From Planctomycetota bacterium (lineage in GTDB: Bacteria; Planctomycetota; Planctomycetia; Kolteriales; Kolteriaceae): a stretch of 64,000 nucleotides of DNA. Under the pieces are notes generated by a model. The model searched no databases. It was not told the DNA's origin and saw only the letters and a program-made list of their open reading frames with translations. This document shows positions 57,032-64,000 of this stretch, in pieces (position 1 is the first letter of the stretch; each line of letters opens with the position of its first letter). The position numbers and the translations under genes were made by a program. The stretch spans positions 57,165-121,164 of the forward strand of contig JAXMAQ010000017.1 in the NCBI GenBank assembly GCA_046350335.1, read 5' to 3'.

Positions 57032-58155
57032 CTATGATTCTCGGGTAATCCTTTCCTGGCCGGGCACGGTGTTTGAGCGGCACTGGGCGCGCCACCGGAG
57101 CCAATGATCGGCAAGCACCAAGGCGACCATCGCCTCTCCCATGGGGACGAATCGAGGCAGAAGGCAGGGGTCATGCCGTCCTTTGGTCGCGATCTCGGTG
57201 GGAGTGCCTGCTTGGGTCACGGTGGGCTGTGGTTTGGACAAGCTGCTCGTCGGTTTGATGGCGACGCGGCAGACGATGGGCAAGCCGCTGCTGATCCCGC
57301 CGAGCATGCCTCCGTGTCGATTGCCCGTCGTGGTGATGTTGCCTTCTTGTTGAACGAAAGGATCGTTGTTTTCGCTTCCTTGGAGGTGGCGACGGCGAAT
57401 CCGGCCCCATATTCAGTGCCGACGACGGCGGGGAGCGAGAGGAGGGCTTCGGCCAGATCCGCCTTTAATTTGTCGAAGACCGGCTCGCCGAGTCCCGGCG
57501 GAACGCCGACCGCGACCAGTTCACTCACCCCGCCAATCGAGTCCTGGTCCAGCCTTACCTCGTCGATCAAGGCGATCATCTTCTCCGCAGCTGCCGGGTC
57601 GGGACACCGTACGATGTTGGACTCAACGGATTCCAGCGTTACCGAAGCCGGATCGGAAACGGAAGCGACGATATTGCCGACCTGTTTGGTGTAGGCGAGA
57701 ACGCGAATCCCTTCGGCAGCGAGGAGTTTTTTGGCGACGGCGCCGGCGGCGACCCGGGCCACCGTCTCGCGCGCGGAGGAGCGACCTCCCCCGCGATAAT
57801 CCCGAAAGCCGTATTTGGCGTCGAACGTGTAGTCCGCGTGCCCTGGTCGATACTTGTCCTTGATGTCCGAGTAATCTCGGCTCCGTTGATCGGTATTGCG
57901 AAATAGGATGGCGACCGAGGTGCCGGTTGTCTTTCCTTCGAACACGCCCGAAAGGATTTCCGGAGCGTCCGCTTCGTCTCGCTGGGTGGTGATTTTCGAT
58001 TGTCCGGGCCGTCGTCGAGCCAGGTCCGGCTCGAGATCCGCTTCGGAGAGAGGAATTCCAGGCGGGACCCCGTCGATGATGACGACGTTCCCCGGGCCAT
58101 GCGATTCGCCCGCCGTCGTGATGCGAAAAAGTTGCCCGAAACTGTTACCTGCCAC
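57032..58155 (-). CDS. aroC: Chorismate synthase, with one apparent frameshift (about 57383-57386)
   Basis: N-terminal part [20 protein letters not shown]…[14 protein letters not shown]… lies in the frame of ORF 57217-58236. The conserved C-terminus …[13 protein letters not shown]…[10 protein letters not shown]…[30 protein letters not shown] lies in the frame of ORF 57032-57307. The N-terminal frame after the shift contains implausible sequence. Confidence 0.8.
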
Positions 58156-58325
58156 AATCCCTACTCGCGAGTGCCAGAAAAGAAACCCGGGCACCGGCCA
58201 AAGATGTCCCAAAAGGCTTGGACGTGGAAACTTCATCGATCCACGCGATCAGCCGCTGGTCATCATATGGAATTCCGCGAGGGGGGCGTTCCGGCGCTCT
58301 GGCCGCCGACGTTTTTCACGAAAGA

Positions 58326-59469
58326 TTAGTACTCGTCAATGATTTCCCGGTCGCGCCAGGTGGAGCCATCGATGGTGTTGAGCTTATAGAAAAGGCCCGG
58401 GTCGATGGAGTTGTCGCGGAAATCGACCGTCCCGTCACCGAAAAGGAAATTGGCGCCCCCAGGATGGGAGCTGGAGAAGACGAACGGTCGGGGGAGCCGC
58501 GGATTGACGGTGGAAGTCGTGTCGGGCGCGTTGATCTTGTAGAACTCGGCTTGTGGGTGTCCCGGCGGATAGACGACCCCATGACAGCTGCCGAAGGTGC
58601 CTCCTCCCCAGAAAGTACCGGAGTTCGGTTCGCTAAGGACTTGTAGCGATTCGCCGACCGCAATGGTTTTATGCACGCCGTCGGTGATTCGTTCGTTGTT
58701 CGCTGCTCCGTTGTTGCCGAACATTCCCATGGGGGGAAACAGCTGATCGCGGGGAAGTTGATCAACGGCCTTGCTGGCGGCTTTCGCTAGCGATTGAGCC
58801 TTGCGCACGCGATTGTGCACGTAGAATCCGTAGGTGTTGCTGTATTCGTCGTACTCGCCGGTCGCGAACCGATAATTGGATCTGCGGGCGTTGCTGGCGG
58901 AATACTTGGCGGTCAGATTCGTGGGCTCAAAGGTTGAGAAATCGGGCTCGGAATCGCTGGGGCAGGTGTAGGCCGCGATGCGGACGCTGACGGCGGTGAT
59001 GCAATTCTGATTGATCTTGTCTTGGACGGAGAGGCCCGCGGGTGTTAAAGGCGCGAGGTCCGTATAGGGACGAGTTAAACGCGCTGGCGCTCGAGGGATA
59101 ATTGTGGTCGTACAGGTCGTAGACGGCATCTTGTTCCAGAAAGGGGAGCAGCAAGAGCCAGCCGGTGGTATTCTGTACCGCCGCCGAGGATCGGCGGCAT
59201 TCCCGGTGCTGTTCGCAGGGTTGTATCTCCGGACAATTTCCTCCGGGAGCAATAGGCGGGGTTGATTTGGCAGGGTAAACCTTGTGACTTTCGTGATAGG
59301 TGCCCAGCGCGTTGCCGATGTTGCAGAAGGTTATTCTGAAGCATTGCGACGGCGAGCCCTTCGCGAACGTAACTGACCGCGGGGAGCAAAATGGCCCGAG
59401 GACACCGATGATGCTGATGACCACCAAAACTTCGATGAGCGTGAATCCCCAGCGCGCGGGTTTTGGCAT
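58326..59469 (-). CDS. DUF1559 protein (prepilin-type N-terminal cleavage/methylation domain plus H-X9-DG motif), with one frameshift
   Basis: N-terminus MPKPARWGFTLIEVLVVISIIGVLG, then …GWLLLLPFLEQDAVYDLYDHNYPSS in the frame of ORF 58927-59469. …YTCPSD…HPGGANFLFGDG (H-X9-DG) is in the frame of ORF 58326-59252. The shift is near plus-strand 59050-59090. Confidence 0.7.
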
Positions 59470-59891
59470 TGTGGTTTCGTCCTCGAAAACGTGGTTCCCG
59501 TGTCCCCTCCGCGTGAAGCGGTAAGCGTCACGCGCGAGCGATTGTCGCTCCGGAAAGAAATGTCGTGGACCAGTCTGCGTTAAGCCAAGGCTCTACAATC
59601 AGCTTGCCCTTGCGTTGTGATATTCCGTTTCCGATGCTCAAAAAGCCTTGGGTTCGGCCGCGGTTTTCCAGCCTCGGCAGCCAGATTCCTCTTCTCCGTC
59701 AGATCCGATTCTTGCCTTTCAACGTCATTGACCGTCAATGGGTTGAAAGAAGTGTGCCCGCTACCCGTGCTCGCATGGTGCGAGTTTTTGTCGCCGGAGA
59801 TACGATCGGCCTCCAGCTATGATTGTTCTTATCCCGCGACAACTGTCAAGCCCCAAACGGAAAACCGAAGACGAATGGGAAAGGAAAACGA

Positions 59892-61298
59892 ATGCGCGTT
59901 CAGTTCTGGGGAGCCGCCGGCACCGTGACGGGCTCCATGCATCTGGTGGAAGTCTCGGGACGTCGGATATTGCTCGACTGCGGCATGTACGTCGGGCATC
60001 GAAAACAAGCCTTCGAAATCAACCGCAACGTGCCGTTCGACGTCCGTTCCATTGACGCCGTCGTCGTGTCGCATGCACATATCGATCATACGGGAAATCT
60101 GCCGACGCTCGTTCGAGCTGGCTACGAGGGGCCGATCCACGCGACCGGCGCGACCGCGGACCTCGCGGATTACATGCTCCTCGATTCCGCGCACATCCAG
60201 GAAAGCGACGTGAAGTATGTCAACAAGGGGCGCGCGCGAATGGGAAAAAGGCTCTTCGAACCGCTGTACGTCCAAGAGGACGCTCGGCAAACGCTTCGGC
60301 AATTCGTCAGCCACGATTATGGTAAGCCGTTCGCACCGGTGCCCGGCGTGCAGGTACAGTTTTTCGACGCGGGGCATATCCTGGGCTCCGCGAGCGTCTT
60401 GCTGACCTCGGGCGAGGGGAATGGCGCGCGAACACTTCTCTTCTCCGGCGACATCGGACGCAAGGATCTGCCCATTCTTCGCAATCCACAGATTCCGCCG
60501 GGCGTTCATGCCGTCATCATGGAGAGCACGTATGGCAATCGCGTGCACGAGTCTTCGGACACGACCAAGGAAGATTTGGAACGTATCGCGCGCGAGACGT
60601 TCGAGCGGGGGGGCAAACTGCTTATTCCCTGTTTCGCGGTCGGCCGTGCCCAAGATGTCCTGTATCGTTTGAACGAGCTTTGGGAAGAGCGTCGGCTCCC
60701 CGTCATGGACGTGTTCGTCGACAGTCCGCTCGCGATCAATATCACCGAGGTCTACCAACGGCACCGGGAGTGCTACGACCAGGATGCACTCGACGCGGCA
60801 AGGAGCGAGAAGGATCGAGATCCACTGAGTTTTTTCGAAAGTCCGCTATGTGCGAATCGGTGGAGGACCAAAGCAATCAACGACTCCGGCCTGGTCCCCG
60901 CTGTGGTGATCAGCGCGTCGGGCATGTGCGAATCCGGCAGAATCCTGCATCACCTCAAGAATGGCATCGAGGACAAGAGGAACACGATTTTGTTCGTCGG
61001 CTATCAGGCGGAGCACACGCTCGGCCGACGGATTCTGGATGGGGCGGAGTTTGTCTCCATTCTGGGCTACGATCGCAAGGTGCGCGCCAAGACCGAACGC
61101 ATGGAGGGGTTCAGCGCGCACGCGGACCGAAACGAACTCTTGGCGTGGGCGGCTCAAGTCCGGTCCCGTGGCGCCGTCGAGAAATTCTTTCTTGTGCATG
61201 GCGAAGACGAGGCTCCCCGATCTCTCGCCCAAGGACTCCGCGATCAAGGCGCGCTCCAGGTCACGATCCCCCGGCGTGGTGATATTCACGCGATTTAA
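59892..61298 (+). CDS. MBL-fold metallo-hydrolase, beta-CASP RNA-processing family (RNase J/CPSF-like)
   Basis: VSHAHIDHTGNLP (HxHxDH) and a beta-CASP region with a C-terminal His (GFSAHADRNEL). An AAAGGAA ribosome-binding site is present. Confidence 0.85.
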   Translation: MRVQFWGAAGTVTGSMHLVEVSGRRILLDCGMYVGHRKQAFEINRNVPFDVRSIDAVVVSHAHIDHTGNLPTLVRAGYEGPIHATGATADLADYMLLDSAHIQESDVKYVNKGRARMGKRLFEPLYVQEDARQTLRQFVSHDYGKPFAPVPGVQVQFFDAGHILGSASVLLTSGEGNGARTLLFSGDIGRKDLPILRNPQIPPGVHAVIMESTYGNRVHESSDTTKEDLERIARETFERGGKLLIPCFAVGRAQDVLYRLNELWEERRLPVMDVFVDSPLAINITEVYQRHRECYDQDALDAARSEKDRDPLSFFESPLCANRWRTKAINDSGLVPAVVISASGMCESGRILHHLKNGIEDKRNTILFVGYQAEHTLGRRILDGAEFVSILGYDRKVRAKTERMEGFSAHADRNELLAWAAQVRSRGAVEKFFLVHGEDEAPRSLAQGLRDQGALQVTIPRRGDIHAI

Positions 61299-61471
61299 TG
61301 AGCATCAGAAGACTAAACTTGCACGGTCGCCATGAACTCCCTCTCCCAGCGGGAGATGGTCGGGGTGAGGGGTGTCTTTTGGCACGACAAACATGGGCAC
61401 GATGCGCACTTCCTGCACCCTAACCACCTAATGTCGTGATATCCGGACCGGAAATGGTGGCGAGATAATAA

Positions 61472-62239
61472 TCAGCAAGGTCCGCTTGCCAGAGAGGCGT
61501 CCCAACGTCGTTTGTGTTCCGTGAGAATCGCGATGGCTTCATCGACGTTGTTGACGCAAATGGGAATACCGACGTCTTTGGGATCGACGAGGGAAACGGA
61601 TCCGCCGAGCATGTGGCTTCTGGCCCATTCGACGAGGTCCTTCCACATCGGGCCAACCAGCACGAGCGGAGTATCAGCGACGTGGCGGACCTGTAAGAGT
61701 TGCCAAATGAGCATGAGTTCGAGCGTCGTTCCAATGCCGCCGGGCACCACCACGAAGGCGGAGGAAAGCCGGACGAAGTGATGCAGGCGAGAAAAGAACG
61801 TGCGGTGCCGATAGAGTTTTTCGAGAAATGGGTTCGGCGCCTGTTCGAAGGCGAGTTCGACCCGCAGGCCGATGGAGCGGGTTAGGTTTTCGACGTCGCC
61901 GATTTTTTCCCCCTCGTTCGCCGCCTGCATGAGTCCTGGTCCGCCGCCGGTGACAATATCGCAACCGATGTTGGCGAGTGCGGCGGCGAGCCGGCGGACA
62001 TCTTCATAGAGCACATCACCGGGCCGGATCCGCGCGGATCCAAAAATCGTCACGCGGTAATAGTCCGGCTTAGGAGGATAGACGCTGGAAAGGTCGTCCA
62101 CCACGTTCCAGAGGCCGAGCACCGCCTCTTCGATCACGTGGAAGGTTTGTTGGGGATCGGTGCAATGCACGCGCCTGCCGTTAAGACCGTTGGTCATCGT
62201 CGGCGAGGTTGACCCAGGCGACGAATCATTCTCGGACAT
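61472..62239 (-). CDS. LOG-family protein (TIGR00730; cytokinin riboside 5'-monophosphate phosphoribohydrolase-like)
   Basis: TIFGSAR…GGGPGLMQA…VVVPGGIGTTLEL are the signature motifs. Confidence 0.8.
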   Translation of the reverse strand: MSENDSSPGSTSPTMTNGLNGRRVHCTDPQQTFHVIEEAVLGLWNVVDDLSSVYPPKPDYYRVTIFGSARIRPGDVLYEDVRRLAAALANIGCDIVTGGGPGLMQAANEGEKIGDVENLTRSIGLRVELAFEQAPNPFLEKLYRHRTFFSRLHHFVRLSSAFVVVPGGIGTTLELMLIWQLLQVRHVADTPLVLVGPMWKDLVEWARSHMLGGSVSLVDPKDVGIPICVNNVDEAIAILTEHKRRWDASLASGPC

Positions 62240-62779
62240 CGAAACTTCCTTTCCGCCCTATCCGCGATTCTTTGAGCACCGTCTCGGCACGAGCCATGGG
62301 TGCTTCCCCAGGCGAATGTTCGTGCAGCCAGAGAGCATCCAGAATGCCCCAGGCGGCCAATTGACCTCGGCCAACGCCTAAGCTCGACAGTCTTCAGCAT
62401 GCGATGATTTCAAAAAGTTTGCAAGGCGGGGATGGGAGTAGGACCGTATCGCCGAAGCCACGCGTTTACATTATGGCGATGGAAAACCCCATGGTCGCTT
62501 TGAAATCTGGCCTTGCAAACCGCCCCTGTTTTTAATTAGGATGCCGCATCGTCTCCTCGTGTAGTGTATCCGCCCTCGCGACCGCTGGCTCCCTGTTGAG
62601 CTTCAAGTTTATGATGTCGCAGCCAAACGCATGGTCCGATCTTTTGATTTCAGATTTTCCGTCCGACTCAAGCGACATCGAGGACCTAGAACGCGGAAGC
62701 GTTCGTTATCTCACCACCGAAGACGATCGATGTTCGAACCATTGGCGATCTTTTGTTTATCTTCATAAAGGATGATAAT

Positions 62780-63895
62780 ATGCCTCGCTCATTATGGACC
62801 TATGGTCTTTGTCTCCTGCCGGTAATTGTGGCTTCGAAAAGTCGCGCGGATTTCATCGGCGACCAGGTGCAGAGTGGACTTTCGGTTCACACCACGGGCA
62901 TCACCAGCATCGTCTTCGCGTTGGATGACGCGGGTTCCGGATCCGCCAACGCTGTCGTCGCCGCGGACATTGCGACCGGGAATCGGACGGTCATCTCGCG
63001 ACCGGGCGTGGTGGGTTCCGGTCCGGACTTCGGATCACTGATTACCGGCCTGACGATTGATCGCGACGGTTCAATTTTGCTGGCTGGTTTTGACGCCGAT
63101 GCCATCTTTAAAATCAATCCATTGACGGGCGATCGATCCATTCTTTCGGGGCCTTCCGTCGGAACGGGACCAGCGCTCGACGGTGCGAGTGCGATCCTGG
63201 TCGGGCCCAACGGCGAGATCTTTGTGGGCACGGGTAGCACTGACTCCATCATTCGCATTGATCCGATTACGGGGGACAGAACTTTGATTTCGGGACCCTC
63301 GGTCGGCACGGGTCCGGCGATCGACTACGTGAGCGGACTTACGCTTACCGCGAACGGGGACTTCTATGCGCTCAGCAGCAATTCGGACCGTATTTATTTT
63401 GTTGACGGCGTGACGGGGAATCGAACGATCGTCTCGGGGGGCGGTGTTGGCTCGGGGCCCGCGTTCGGCCCGTTCATCTCCGATTTGCAGATTCTTTTGG
63501 ACGGCACGCTTGCCGTCACCGACGGCACGCGCATTCTTCGCGTCAATCCCGTCACGGGCAACCGGAGCATTCTTTCCGATGCCACCACCGGTTCCGGAAC
63601 CATCATGGGATGGATGGAATGGCTGACCCTGGCACCGAACGGGTTTTTGCTCGCCTCCGGCGATAGCAGCAATTCGTCGCGAAATTATGGGGTATTTCTC
63701 ATTGATCCAGCGACGGGCGATAGGGTCCTGTTGACGGGTAAAGATGTCGGAATCGGGTACTATGCCGGTCAGTACCGCGAGGCAGTAGCTATCGGCGTGG
63801 CCGTCCCGGAAGCCTCGTCTTTGTCACTCGCCGCCGCTTGCGCTCTCAGCTTTTGGGTCATTCATCGGCGACGGCGACGGTTCCCCGCCAAGTAA
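62780..63895 (+). CDS. Secreted six-repeat (putative beta-propeller) protein with a C-terminal PEP-CTERM-like sorting signal
   Basis: Signal peptide, then six repeats of about 46 aa with the pattern (I/V)(D/N)PxTG(D/N)R(S/T)(I/L)(I/L)SGxxVGxGP. C-terminus is VPEASSLSLAAACALSFWVIHRRRRRF (PEx motif, TM, Arg cluster). Confidence 0.6.
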   Translation: MPRSLWTYGLCLLPVIVASKSRADFIGDQVQSGLSVHTTGITSIVFALDDAGSGSANAVVAADIATGNRTVISRPGVVGSGPDFGSLITGLTIDRDGSILLAGFDADAIFKINPLTGDRSILSGPSVGTGPALDGASAILVGPNGEIFVGTGSTDSIIRIDPITGDRTLISGPSVGTGPAIDYVSGLTLTANGDFYALSSNSDRIYFVDGVTGNRTIVSGGGVGSGPAFGPFISDLQILLDGTLAVTDGTRILRVNPVTGNRSILSDATTGSGTIMGWMEWLTLAPNGFLLASGDSSNSSRNYGVFLIDPATGDRVLLTGKDVGIGYYAGQYREAVAIGVAVPEASSLSLAAACALSFWVIHRRRRRFPAK

Positions 63896-64000
63896 GCTCA
63901 ACAGAGTCACCATTTGCCCGCGGTGTTAATCATCTTGAGGCTAAAGGGCGAGCCGAGACTATCTCCAGACATGGGAGATTGGGCGGCTTTCCCTTGCCTC

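Noticed and set aside
62250-62750. 500-bp intergenic region with GGCGGGG/CCGCCCC and CCATGG motifs, considered as a riboswitch or sRNA
   Set aside because: The motifs are mirror copies rather than reverse complements, and no known riboswitch consensus was recognised. This is left as an unexplained promoter region for the PEP-CTERM gene.

Overview
This 64 kb window is high-GC (about 60%) chromosomal DNA that almost certainly comes from a Planctomycetota genome; no rRNA, tRNA or CRISPR array was seen. The assignment rests on hallmark families: two PSCyt1/DUF1549/DUF1553 proteins each paired with a DUF1501 gene, one DUF1559 protein (prepilin-type N-terminus with an H-X9-DG motif), one DUF1570 protein and one PEP-CTERM protein. 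Gene content, in order along the window:
- Start to about 11 kb (housekeeping and transport): partial yggS, a macA-like adaptor with a split MacB-like ABC ATPase and permease, a GNAT acetyltransferase, trpC, yjbQ, a CPBP protease, a sugar epimerase and ggt.
- 12.3-21.8 kb (Planctomycete-specific minus-strand cluster): a c-type cytochrome/WD40/Ala-rich coiled-coil protein, a Big-domain DUF1549/DUF1553 protein, a small Pro-rich protein, a PPC-domain secreted protein and a DUF1501 gene broken by at least five frameshifts.
- 22.5-33.9 kb: a DUF1570 (HExxH) protein, rpsD with a frameshift, nadK, a Gfo/Idh/MocA oxidoreductase, a polytopic membrane protein, a UbiH-like FAD monooxygenase, and an ECF sigma / anti-sigma / class-C beta-lactamase-like serine hydrolase operon.
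- 34.2-38.8 kb: a second PSCyt1-DUF1549-DUF1553 gene (two compensating frameshifts) followed by an intact DUF1501 gene.
- 38.8-43.4 kb (glycosylation cluster): WecB, a GT2 DPM1/ArnC-like enzyme, a SAM methyltransferase and a GT-C ArnT/PMT-like membrane transferase.
- 43.4-49.7 kb: an alpha/beta hydrolase, a rhomboid protease, a secreted 407 aa hypothetical and a 728 aa flotillin/SPFH protein.
- 50.0-56.3 kb (sulfide-oxidation island): a sigma70-like promoter with an operator palindrome, a YgaP-like rhodanese-DUF2892 protein, a thioredoxin, a persulfide dioxygenase-rhodanese fusion, a TauE/SafE exporter, a DsrE-like protein, a repeat-containing secreted protein and a type II sulfide:quinone oxidoreductase. 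The thioredoxin, dioxygenase fusion and TauE genes are each interrupted by several frameshifts.
- 56.4 kb to the end: ppa, aroC (frameshifted), the DUF1559 gene (frameshifted), a beta-CASP MBL RNase, a LOG-family protein and a PEP-CTERM six-repeat putative propeller.
A striking global feature is bursts of single-nucleotide indels that break otherwise well-conserved reading frames, including essential genes. Pseudogene calls should therefore be treated with caution: these may be assembly or sequencing indels rather than genuine gene decay.
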